From Octopus sinensis (lineage: Eukaryota): a stretch of DNA of 64,000 nt. How positions within the stretch are numbered: position 1 is the stretch's first letter; every line of letters begins with the position of its first letter. Positions 52,066 through 64,000 of this stretch are shown here, piece after piece. The translations under genes and the position numbers were made by a program. The notes under the pieces were generated by a model. The model did not search any database. It saw nothing but the letters and a program-made list of their open reading frames with translations, and was not told the DNA's origin. The DNA is taken from assembly GCF_006345805.1 (NCBI RefSeq), contig NC_043024.1, positions 19,344,001 through 19,408,000 on the forward strand, written 5' to 3'.

Positions 52066-52285
52066 CCAATAATAATCCTTTCTGCTAAAGGCACAAGGCC
52101 TGAAATTAAGGGGAATAGTTGATTACATCGACCCCAGTGTTTCACTGGTACTTAATTTATCAACCCCAAAAGGATATAAGGCAAAGTAGACCTCGGAGAA
52201 ATTTGAACATAGAAGGTGAAGTCTGACGATATACTACTAAGCATTTTGCTCAGCATGTTAACAACTCTTCCAGCTCACCACCTTC

Positions 52286-52334
<49 letters not shown>

Positions 52335-52626
52335 TGATGATAACGATGATAATAAATGCTCTGAAAGATATCTAAGACAGGAAAAATACCATTTCTTTTA
52401 ACACCTTTTTTTGTTTATTGTTGTCCAATTTCAACACTTCAGGTTTTACATACATCTGTCAGCCAAATTATTATTTTTTTTTCTAAGAATTTCTCTGCTG
52501 TCTTTACCAGTTCTTTTTTTTTTTGCTGTTGTTTTGTTTTGTTTTTTTCGTTTTCTGGAATCAAAAACCCATTATTTTAAACTTACAGTTTTGTAATGCA
52601 ATACCATTTTTGTCAATCAAATATAA

Positions 52627-52684
<58 letters not shown>

Positions 52685-52865
52685 ATCTCTCTCTGTCTCT
52701 CTCCATCAAACGAGCAATCAAATACTCAATACCTGTTGTTGTTGTTGTTCTTCTTCTTCTCTTCTTCTTCTTCTTCTTCTTCTTCTTCTATTCTTCTGTA
52801 CTTTATTAATATTCTTATTACTGTCATTACTTCTACTACTACTTCTCCTCCTCCTAATACTACTC

Positions 52866-52918
<53 letters not shown>

Positions 52919-53060
52919 GATAATAATAATAATAATAATAATAACAATAATAATAATAAAAATAGTAATAGTAATAATAATAATAATAATAATAATTGTA
53001 ATAATAAAAATAATAATAGTAATACTACTACTACTAATAATAATAATAATACTAATAAGA

Positions 53061-53094
<34 letters not shown>

Positions 53095-53944
53095 TATTAT
53101 TAATTCCATTCCATAGAATGTCACAGATATTTTCTTCTGATATAATTCCTTTCACATCTACAAGGCATCCATCATCATCATCATCACCACCTTCATCATC
53201 ATCATCATCATCATCATCAGCATCAGGTGTCATTTACACTCAGCAGGGTGAATGCCATGGATTTTGCTATCTGAATGTTCCTTCTGATATCCTTATTATA
53301 GATTCTCCGTATTTTAAATCTGTCCAGTTCTTGATATCATCCGAGTGATTCTTGTTCCTACCAACTTTCCTTCTCTCTTTTCCCCATTCATTTTACTTTC
53401 TGTTATCACTCTCTCTCTCTCTCTGTTTCCTTCCACCCTTTTCTCTTTCTCTCTGTTTCCTTCCACCCTTTTTCTCTTTCTATTGTGAGACATGTTTTCA
53501 AATTAAGTGTCCAAAATATTTTCGTTTTTTTTATCTTTGATAAAGTCTAAAGAAATTTTCATACTTTTTACCGTTTTTAGTTCTTCACCAACAGCAGTTT
53601 TGTGATCTGCATTATCAGAATATATAAATCAGCTCAGCCTCTCGCTGATACTCTATCTTATCAACTTCAGAATGATACACGTAATAGATTAATAAAAACA
53701 AAAAAAAAAGAAAAATAGGCCAGTCTAAGAGAAAAATGATCAAGCCCCAATCAGACTTGGTATAGAGAGAGCTTGTCATTGGTAACGCCACGTAAGTTAT
53801 CAAAAGTACTTTGATCACACTAACTGATTGATTGGGGGAGTAGAAAATTAATCAAAAATCAAATTTAATTGATTGGTTTTATCCAACCCATGCTAGCATG
53901 GAAAACGGATGTTAAGTGATGATGATGATGATGATGATAATGAT

Positions 53945-54265
53945 GATGGGCAAGTGTCTTCTACTATAGCTTCGGGCCGACCAAAGCCTTGTGAGTGGAT
54001 TTGGTAGATGGAAATTGAAAGAAGCCCATCGTATATATGTATATATGTATGTGTGTATGTGTTTGTGTGTGTGTTTATCCCCTCAACATCGCTTGACAAC
54101 CGATGCTAGTATGTTCACGTCCCTGTAACTTAATGGTTCGGCAAAAGATACCGATAGAATAAGTACTAGGCTTACAAAGAATAAGTCCTGGGGTCGATTT
54201 GCTTGACTAAAGGTGGTGCTCCAGCATGGCCACAGTCAAATGACTGAAACAAGTAAAAGAGAAAT
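53945..54265 (+). mobile_element. SINE family A, 5' truncated
   Basis: Begins gggcaagtgtcttctactatagc and ends caagtaaaagag. Confidence 0.85.
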
Positions 54266-54469
54266 TAAAGAGTAAGTATTGTGTCCAGTGAGTTGGTCAG
54301 CTCACACACTTGAATCCAAATTTTGGCATAAGAAGAATCGGTTAATTGATTACTAGCTGGTTAGTAGTGATTAGTAGGTTACTTGGTTACTTTGACCGGC
54401 AGTGCTTGGTTGGTGCTTATTTTCTCGGTGCCAAGAGGACAAAATGTGAAGTTGACCTTTGCCGAACTT

Positions 54470-54765
54470 GAACTCAGAATGTACAATAGAAGAATGCATA
54501 GTATACAATGATAGAGGAGAAACTCCAACTAAGACCAATGAAGGAACCCCACAGACCTAGGATCACCAAAGGCATGAGCCTGCATCAAACTGTCACTCTC
54601 CGATCAACAGGCATCTGCTTGGAGTAGACCCATTCACCCTAACCATTTTTGCAACAGTCACCTGTCTTTCTGCAAAGTCAGTGGAAGAGAGAGAGAGAGC
54701 ACTTTCCTTTCCACCTCACTTTCCTTTTCAAATGGAACTTTAAAAAATTGATGAGAGCTTCACCA
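54470..54765 (-). mobile_element. L1/Tx1-like LINE 3' relic
   Basis: Minus translation with one shift: GEALINFLKFHLKRKVRVERKVLS..F.ERQVTVAKMVRVNG, resembling Tx1-type C-termini. Confidence 0.45.
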
Positions 54766-54794
54766 AAGCTTCTGATCTTAACGGAATGGAAGTG

Positions 54795-55288
54795 TTATCA
54801 TGTACATTGTTTTTTCTTGGTATAAAAGATGGGCTACAGCAAATATTCTGCTCAATACCACAGATTTGCTTGTCAGTTGTTTGACCTTAACCAGTTGAGC
54901 ATGTCCCTTAGTGGCTGACGATATGTGCATCTCTGATCACGAGCAGAAATAGTGGGGAGCATCATAGCCATGTGTTGAGAGGGATTCTTTGGGGTCTGAA
55001 CAATTCACCTTTGGAAATATGGGTGTTTCATTCAACATCCTTAAACAACCCCTATTCAGGGACCTTTTGAGTGGGATGGGTTGCTTGACCAGAAGAACAT
55101 TCTAACTGGGCCCCACCTGTAAGGTCCATGTGCTGTTTATCTTGATATGAGATCACCATGTCACGCACATATGGTTGTGATGCATGTGCCTGGTGTACCC
55201 TTATCAGCTGGGTAGTCATGATGGGTATACTGGGCTTCATATATTTTACCTCAGTGTCACTTTGATGGCATGCACTGCTTTCTCACTC

Positions 55289-55323
<35 letters not shown>

Positions 55324-55340
55324 TAATAATAATAACTCTT
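54795..55340 (+). mobile_element. Interspersed repeat ending in an (AAT)n tail (probable LINE 3' UTR)
   Basis: Ends ggcatgcactgctttctcactc(AAT)n; family assignment not verifiable here. Confidence 0.4.
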
Positions 55341-56801
55341 TCTACTTGGGCACAAGACCTGAAATTTTGTGGAGAGGGGGATAATTGATTACATAGGTCC
55401 TAGTACTTGAACAGAACTTTATTTAACTGACTTCCAGAAGGATAAAAGATAGAGTTGACTTCAGAGGAATTAGAACCCAGGAGGAAACGTTAGAAGAGAT
55501 GCGGCAAAGAATTTTCTCCAGTATGTTAACGCTTCTGCCAATTTGCAATAATAACAAAAGTTTAGTTTTGATTGATAAAAGTTTACTCTTGACTGATTCC
55601 CTAACAGATGGAGAAAGAGAGAGAGAGAGAGAGAGAGAGATACAAAGATACAATTCATTTGACTGATAAAAGATATTGGTATACAAAATTATAAGTTTAA
55701 AATAATGGGTTTTTTACTAAAAAAAAAGGAAAGAAAACAGTGTAAGTATATATTTTGAAAAGAAAGAAGAAATCTTCAAACAAAGTGGTTGACAGCAGTA
55801 TACAAAGTCTGAAGCGTCGAAATTAGACAATGAAAATACAAGGAAAAAAGAATAAAAATATTTTGGTAATTTTCTCAGTTTTTGGTTATCTTTCAGAGCA
55901 TAAAAGAATTCAAAATAAACAAAAGGAAGAACAGCGATAGTATTTGTGATGGTACTGGTTGTAGTCGTAGTGACGATGGTGTAGAGATGGGGGATCGATA
56001 ATTTTAATAGATATCAGTCAGTTAACATCTATGCTTTTTTTGTTCTTTTTTGTTTTTTGTTTTTTTTTGGGGGGGGGGGTTCCGAGTTAGTTGTTACTTG
56101 AGAAGTGAGTGTTTATTCAACAACGATAGCTTTAGGTCAATTGCACCAATTGCTCTCAATCAGACTCAGTACATAAAGTAGAACGGAGGCGGGTGGAGAG
56201 GCTGATTAAAGAAAATTTTCCAGCTAACTTCAAAATCTATTAAGTATCAATCTGTGGGGCGCCAATGTTATGCATACTAAAAAACTATTTTAGTTTTCTG
56301 AAATAAACATTGTGTTTGTTTTTAATTTGTTATTTATTTTTTTTTTTTTTCCAATTACAAAACAGATATCTTCATGACTTAGAAATTTTCATAGTATATT
56401 TACTATTGTTGTTGTTGTTGTTAGTATTGTTGCTTGCCAAGGTCAGGGGGTCTTGATAATTTTGACTTTGTGGCACAGGGGAAATCAGAAAAAAAAAGAT
56501 GGAAAAAGAAAAATTAACTGGAGTATTTTGCATAGAAAACTTGAAATTATTGGTACATTTGATATGGAAGTTAAGGAAAACTGTTTTGAATTTGAAGTTA
56601 AAAGTTTATGCAAATAGGCGTAGGAGTGGCTGTGTGGTAAGTAGCCTGCTTACCAACCACATGGTTCCGGGTTCAGTCCCACTGCGTGGCATCTTCGGCA
56701 AGTGTCTTCTACTATAGCCTCGGACCGACCAAAGCCTTGTGAGTGGATTTGGTAGAAAGAAACTGAAAGAAGCCCATCGTATATATGTATATATATATAT
56801 A

Positions 56802-57207
56802 TGGACAGCCATATGCTAGAAGTAGATCACCTACAATCAAACTACAAAGAAAAGAATGTTCACTAGAGAAAAATTCAGCGGACACCAGAACAATATGCGG
56901 GCAAGACAAATGAAAATTATATATGAAACAAGAATTGATCGCAGACCGGTTTCACCTATTAACAAATAAATCATCAGTAGGACTCATCAGTACGATCGTT
57001 CCAAAAGCAATATAATTTGTAAAACTAACCACCAGTTTTCCGTATAAAAACATTAATTCTTTAATATGATTAATTCTTGTTTTTTATATAATTTTCATCT
57101 GTCTTGCCCGCCTATTGTTCTGGTGTCTGTTGAATTTTTCGCTAGAGAACATTCTTTCTTTGTAGTTTGATCGTAGGTGATCTATTTCTAGCATATGGCT
57201 GTCCACA
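56802..57207. mobile_element. Penelope-type foldback element, ~138-bp diverged inverted arms
   Basis: 56802-56940 versus the reverse complement of 57069-57207; HHR in the spacer. Confidence 0.75.
56937..56997 (-). ncRNA. Type I hammerhead motif
   Basis: Minus strand GATCGTA-CTGATGA-gt(CCTA...TAGG)t-GAAAC-cg-GTC-TGCGATC; 7-bp stem I; base of stem II decayed. Confidence 0.7.
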
Positions 57208-57340
57208 TAGTGGTTTTTAGCTCTTAAAATATACACATGTATTAGAATTTTCTCTGATTTTTCGGATCTATGTATGCTAGGCTACTGGTTTTAAATTGAT
57301 ATTAATTAAATTAATATTCAATTTATCTCCCTCATTATTT

Positions 57341-57389
<49 letters not shown>

Positions 57390-57999
57390 GTATGTTTGTG
57401 TGTCTGTGTTTGTCCCCCTAGCATTGCTTGACAACCAATGCTGGTGTGTTTATGCCCCGTCACTTAGCAGTTCGGCAAAAGGGACCAATAGAATAAGTAT
57501 TGGGCTTACAAAGAATAAGTCCTGGGGTCAATTTGCTCGACTAAAGGGAGTGCTCCAGCATGGCCACAGTCAAATGACCGAAACAAGTAAAAAAGTTAAA
57601 AGAGTAAAGCATCTTCATTATCATCATCATCATCATCATCCTCCTCCTCCTCATCATCATCATTATCATCATCGTTTTATGTGTCTGCACTTCCATGCTT
57701 TCTCAGGTCGAATAGAATTCCTTGAGGTAGATTTTCTTTGGCTAAATGTTCTTCTTGTCACTAACGCTTATCTGTTTCTAAGCCAGGAAATATTTTCCTC
57801 ACTTTTGGACATATTTTCACTGAAGACAGGAAACGAACGACACACATCCACTCACAGCACCTTAGTCAGCTTTCAGTTGTGATAGAAAACACTTGCCCTG
57901 ATCTTGCTCAATATGGGCAACAACTCCTGACATGTTTCAGTCTTATTTTATCTGACTTCCTCAGTAAAAAAAAAAAAAAGAAACTGTTACCATACTTAC

Positions 58000-58047
58000 C
58001 AGATTAGTTATAAGGAAATCACTATTATATATCTAAATTCACTGAAT
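58000..58047 (-). CDS. Weak candidate 48-nt exon EFSEFRYNSDFLITNL
   Basis: Minus strand aatctttgttAG|...CTG|GTAAGTAT; open in frame 0; no supporting neighbouring exon. Confidence 0.2.
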
Positions 58048-58687
58048 TCCTAACAAAGATTTGAACCAGATAACAATTCATCAGTACTCCTGACAAACCT
58101 CTTTACATTTCTAAACAGCAATATCTTATTTAGCTCACTAAAATCATCACCAAATCACCAAAGCTTAATGAGTCTTTTGGTGGTGAAACTCGGTGCATCC
58201 ACACAATGCAAACAACCACCATTATCAATACATTAGCAACAGAACAACTCTATTACCAACAACAAAAACACCAACACCACCAACAATGACAACATCAAGA
58301 TAGCTCGTTTATATTTGATTTAGATATTCTCAAATTTACTGTTTAACAATAATTTTCCAAAATTTGAAAAAAATTTACCTTATCACAGTCGCTTAAACAT
58401 ACGATTTATTTTCGAAATAATGACTAAGCAAACAAATTAGTCACTCTATTATAGTTTTTATTATCATTATTTTTGTTTTGTTTTTTTTTGTATTTTTCAG
58501 TCTTTTGTTTTATCTGAGGCAATCTATATAAAGTATAAATATCAGTTTTTATTATTATATCAGTCATGAAGTTAATAACACTTTATCATTTTTGTTTTAA
58601 ATTGCATAATGTATCTCTTTAAGTAACGAGATTTGCTAATTTCTTTATTTTCATTGATGTTGCATTTTATCTATGAAAATACTGTTA

Positions 58688-58720
<33 letters not shown>

Positions 58721-58737
58721 CACATATGCATAATAAC

Positions 58738-58770
<33 letters not shown>

Positions 58771-58957
58771 TATATATATACACTATGCATAATATATATA
58801 TATATATATATATATACATACATATACACATATGCATAATATATATATATATCATATACACATATGCATAAATATATATAATATATGTATACATACATAT
58901 ACACATATGTAATATATATATGTGTGTGTGTAAAATATATATACATGTCTGTGAGTA

Positions 58958-58994
<37 letters not shown>

Positions 58995-59024
58995 TAGATA
59001 TATATATATATATATATATATATA

Positions 59025-60150
59025 CTAGCAGTATAACCTGGCCTTGTCGGGGATTAAGTTACGATTATTAAGCTAATCAAGTTCTTTATTTCAAAATAAA
59101 GTAATATCGACGTCAAATTTGGGCGAAATCCGTTGAAATTGGTTATATTATATATATATCATTTATATATATTATATATATATGATATAATATGATATAA
59201 ATATATATGGGCAACAGACATACACACATGTACGTATGTACACCTATTGCATGTTTTGTGCACGCATACATGTTCATAAACAGAAATGAATGGAAAAAAT
59301 GTTGTTAAATTTGTAGATTAACACTCACACGATTTTCACTAAGAAAAAATTTTTTTTTTTTTGCGCGGAAGCAACTACTCTGGCCGCCTAATATGCTACA
59401 AAACCCATTTTGTGGTCCGTGAAATGGAGTGGGGTGTGGTGGAAGCCTCGCAAATTGTACCCATTTATATTTATACTGACAAATTGTTACCTATCTCTTC
59501 GTTTCTTTGTTGTTAAATAAATGGATTGTCAACAAAACACTTTTTTACTCGGCGTAAAATAAAAACAAAACTCTTTCACACCCAAAGTAATGTGTGTGAG
59601 AGAGAGAGGAGGAGGAGAAAAATGAACGATTTAAAATAAATGTATGATTGAAAATAAATATATTGTAATTGTTGTGTGAGAAAGTATATATATACTATGA
59701 TTATAAAATATAGTGTCTTTCAAAAACATCCTGAATTTGAACACTATATCTCGTGTTTAAGAAAAAAACAAAACATTTTACATTTTATTTTTTATGAACG
59801 TGATCACTTACTCTCTCTCTCTCATCCTCTCCCTCTCTCTCACTTTGTCTTTCCCTATTTTTTGTTTAGACGCTGTGAAACTCTGCTTCTCATCCACTTT
59901 TCTTTATCTTATTTTTTTTAGTTAGACGCCATGAAAAAGCTATGGCTGAAAATAGATTTTTACCGCTATCTGCAGGTACCTCGGGAAAAAAATAAGTTGA
60001 CAAAACCTAGATAGGATGTTGACGAATGTCCTCCTAAAATTTGAGCGACATACGTGCTAATTTGTGGATGCGCATAAACTACAATCGCGTACACACATAC
60101 ACACACACACACACACCACACACACATCTTGCCTTATATATATACGCAGA
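59025..60150 (-). mobile_element. Non-autonomous Helitron (longer variant)
   Basis: Minus start ATCTGCGTATATATATAAGGCAAG; end CCCGACAAGGCCAGG..CTAG|T; termini resemble 28608-29000 and 47575-47974. Confidence 0.55.
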
Positions 60151-60151
60151 T

Positions 60152-60440
60152 ATGTACATGTGCGTGTGTGTATGATATATATACATGTGTGTGTGTGTAT
60201 GATATATATACATGTGTGTGTGTGTATGATATATATACATGTGTGTGTGTGTATGATATATATACATGTGTGTGTGTGTATGATATATATACATGTGTGT
60301 GTGTGTGTGATATATATACATGTGTGTGTGTTGGTGATATATAAATGTGGTGTGTGTGTATGATATATATACATGTGTGTGTGTGTATGATATATATACA
60401 TGTGTGTGTGTGTATGATATATATACATGTGTGTGTGTGT
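60152..60440. repeat. 27-bp minisatellite, ~10 copies
   Basis: Unit atgatatatatacatgtgtgtgtgtgt. Confidence 0.9.
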
Positions 60441-61119
60441 GCGTCTGTGAAGGCATGGTTAAGAAGTTTATTTTGCAACCATGGGAATTCAGGTTCTGTC
60501 ACACTGTACAACACCCTGGCCAAGTGTCTTCTACTATAGCCCTGGGCCAACCTATGCCTTGCTGGTGAAATTGAAGATTGAAACAGCGTAGAAGTCCAAT
60601 GAATAAGTATGTGTGTATGTGTGTTCTTCCACCACTTAACGACCGTTGTTGGTTTGTTTATGTCCATATATCTTAGCATTTCAATAAATGGGATCAACAG
60701 AATAATCATTGGAATGATAAAAAAGGACTGGGGTTAATTTGTTTGGCCAAACCCTTCAAGGGGGTGCCCCAGCATGGTCAATGTCCAATGACTGCAAAAA
60801 GTGAAAAGCATATATGTGTGTGTGCACGCGCACGCGTGTGTGTGTGTGTGTGTGTGTGTGCAATGGATGTATATACTACTTAATAGCATTTTCTTTAGAT
60901 GCAGGCATGGCTGTGTGGTAAGAAGTTTGCTTACAGACCCCATAGTTTCAGGTTCAGTTCCATAGCATGGCACGTTGGGCCTGTGTCTTCTTCTATAGAC
61001 CCTGGCTGACCAAAGCCTTAACAGTGGATTTTGTTTGATGGAAACTGAAAGAAGCTTTTGCATGTGAGTGATGTTGATGATGATTATGATGATAGCACAA
61101 AGTGACTACCATTCAGTAA

Positions 61120-61535
61120 ACCTATTTCTTTATTACCCACAAGGGGCTAAACACAGAGAGGACAAACAAGGACAAACGGATTAAGTCGATTACATCGACC
61201 CCAGTACATAACTGGTACTTAATTTATCGACCCCCAAAGGATGAAAGGCAAAGTCGACCTCGGCGGAATTTGAACTCAGAACGTAGCGGCAGATGAAATC
61301 CCTATTTCTTTACTACCCACAAAGAGCTAAACACAGAGAGGACAAACAAGAACAGACAAACGGATAAAGTCAATTACATCGATCCCAGTGCGTAACTGGT
61401 ACTTTATTTATCGAACCCGAAAGGATGAAAGGCAAAGTCAACCACGGCGGAATTTGAACTCAGAACGTAGCGGCAGACAAAAGACCGTGAGGCATTTCAC
61501 CTGGCGTGCTAACAATTCTGCCAGCTCGCCGCCTA
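61120..61535 (-). mobile_element. SINE family B with tandem internal modules
   Basis: Repeated tatttctttattacccacaag..ggcggaatttgaactcagaacgtagcggcag modules. Confidence 0.85.
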
Positions 61536-61869
61536 CCATTCAATATAATTGCAGCTCTTTCCAAATTTCTGTCTGCTCATTTTCATTTTTAACGAAACAC
61601 TAGCCATTGGTCATGCATGCAAGCCTCACCTTCCCACACTATCAATGTTGCTGGTCATAGTGTTCGAGGTCGTGGTGACGACGATGATAATAACGATGGC
61701 TATAATGATGGCACAAAGTGTCTGTTGGACAATATAATCACTCCCCTTCTCTTCTCAAATTCATGTTAGCTTGTTCCATTTCTAAAGTCATCACTCATGC
61801 ACGCCAATTCCTCTTCTATTCTCAGACTTATGTCAGCTCATTTGTGAAGCCCAGCATCCTGAGATTTTT

Positions 61870-62307
61870 TTACTCTCTTTTACTCTTTTACTTGTTTCAG
61901 TTATTTGACTGCGGCCATGCTGGAGCACCTCCTTTAATCGAGCAACTCGACCCCGGGACTTATTCTTTTGTAAGCCCAGTACTTATTCTATCGGTCTCTT
62001 TTTGCCAAACCGCTAGGTAACGGGGACATAAACACACCAGCATCGGTTGTCAAGCAATGCTAGGGGGACAAACACAGACACACAAACACACACATACGTA
62101 TATATATATATACATATATACGGCAGGCTTCTTTCAGTTTTCGTCTACCAAATCTACTCACAAGGCATTGGTCGGTCCGAGGCTATAGTAGAAGACACAC
62201 TTGCCAGGTGCCACCAGTGGGACTGAACCCGGAACCATGTGGTTGGTAAGCAAGCTCCTTACCACACCAGCCACTCCTGCGCCTATATGTATATAACAAA
62301 TATATAC

Positions 62308-62347
<40 letters not shown>

Positions 62348-62512
62348 TACGACAGGCTTCTTTCAGTTTCCGTCTACCAAATCCACTCACAAGGCATTGG
62401 TCGGCCCGGGGCTATAGTAGAAGACACTTGCCCAAGGTGCCATGCAGTGGGACTGAACCCGGAACCATGTGGTTGGTAAACAAGCTCCTTACCACACAGC
62501 CACTCCTGCGCC
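61870..62512 (-). mobile_element. SINE family A, one full copy plus an extra head
   Basis: Reverse complement matches at 61870-62280 and 62345-62512. Confidence 0.85.
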
Positions 62513-62744
62513 TTTGCTTTTTCTCATATCGTTTCTCATACACAGGTACCTTCCTCCATCACCTGCCCTTTTTTTCTCCAACCCTCATCAGTAATTCATG
62601 TGACATATCCAGATAAGTGGAGATGGTTTTCCTGCATGGATTAGTTAATATCTTTAATACCTTGTGGCTCTCTCTTGGATTATGTGTTTTCAGATTTTTA
62701 CGTAGATTAACAACGCACGCACACACACACATCATATACATGCA

Positions 62745-62901
62745 CTACACACAAAAATTTATATGTGCATATATATTTCTGTGTGCATATACATATGTGT
62801 GGATGTGTGTACACGTGTGCGTGTGCGTACATGTATATGAATGTGTATGTGCATGTGTGTGTGTGTACATAATACACGCACACAAATACTTAAGTATATA
62901 T

Positions 62902-62945
<44 letters not shown>

Positions 62946-63178
62946 GTAATAAATATATATATATGTGTATATATATAAATGTACAAACATATATATATAT
63001 ATATATACATGTATATATATATATATATATAAATGTACACATATATATAATATATATATATATAAATGTACATACACATACATATATATATGTGCATATA
63101 TATATATATATATATATACACATACACACACACATATATTACATATAAGTATATATACATTTATATATATACATATAC

Positions 63179-63209
<31 letters not shown>

Positions 63210-63296
63210 TATATTATATACACACACATACACACATATATATTAGTACTTTGCTCCATTTATACTGTTTCGTGTACAAAACCTATATATGTATAT

Positions 63297-63362
<66 letters not shown>

Positions 63363-63370
63363 CATGCACA
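62745..63370. repeat. (TG)n/(TA)n/(CA)n compound microsatellite
   Basis: Direct inspection. Confidence 0.95.
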
Positions 63371-63588
63371 CTACAGGAACATAGTGCTGGAGACTGCACA
63401 TGCAGTATCTTCATATTTTACCGGGAAAACCGAAGCCATATTTTCTCTTCCAAGTTTTAACTTTCATTCGAAATAGACCCAAAAATAGAATTAACGGGAA
63501 TTTACTGCCAGCTATTTGGCACAAACAAATGGCAAAAGAAAATCATTTGTGACATCTGTCAGGGCTGGTAACATCATCATCATCACCA

Positions 63589-63649
<61 letters not shown>

Positions 63650-63784
63650 TAATAATGATATTCCCCTCCCCAAGCTTTCAGCTGTATTTCAACAACTCTT
63701 AACCTTCACTTGCCCTAGGGCGCTGGGTGTGCCCCGGCAAGCGATTGCATCAAACATGCAGATTAAAAGTAAATGACAATAATG

Positions 63785-63815
<31 letters not shown>

Positions 63816-63839
63816 TAATAATGATAGTAATAATAGTAA

Positions 63840-64000
63840 AAAATTGCCAATAAAAAAAAAAGCCATCTATTTTATATGGATGACTTAAAACTTTATGGTA
63901 AAGACAATAATGAACTTGAAGGCCTATTGCGCACCGTGAAAGCATTCAGCGATGACATCGGGATGGAGTTTGGACTTGAGAAGTGTGCCAAGGCCACTTT
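63840..64000 (+). mobile_element. R4/Dong-clade LINE RT fragment, continues beyond the window
   Basis: SHLFYMDDLKLYGKDNNELEGLLRTVKAFSDDIGMEFGLEKCAKATF (YMDD motif), directly after (AAT)n. Confidence 0.85.

Overview
An AT-rich, repeat-dominated eukaryotic window, most likely intronic or intergenic DNA of an octopus or other cephalopod. The taxon is inferred from recognisable tRNA-derived SINE families and extreme microsatellite density. No complete host gene can be assembled; only a few isolated candidate exons are visible. The window contains: (1) a near full-length RTE-clade LINE at 5928-10525 (-), with APE+RT broken only by three small frameshifts, inserted in an (AAT)n array; (2) fragments of other LINEs (RTE, RTE-like with C2H2 fingers, R4/Dong, Tx1-like); (3) dozens of SINE copies from at least four families; (4) DNA transposon relics (Tc1 with D37E spacing, pogo/Tigger, mariner, piggyBac-like MITEs, three non-autonomous Helitrons); and (5) many microsatellites. 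The most striking signal is a set of type I hammerhead ribozyme (HHR) motifs in about a dozen places and several unrelated sequence families. Two lie in non-coding tandem arrays with ribozyme-delimited monomers of ~533 nt (32470-34083) and ~431 nt (17462-18768), i.e. retrozyme-like elements. Several form head-to-head inverted repeats whose second arm starts at or within a few nt of the predicted cleavage site. Folds and alignments were read by eye; SINE boundaries are approximate.
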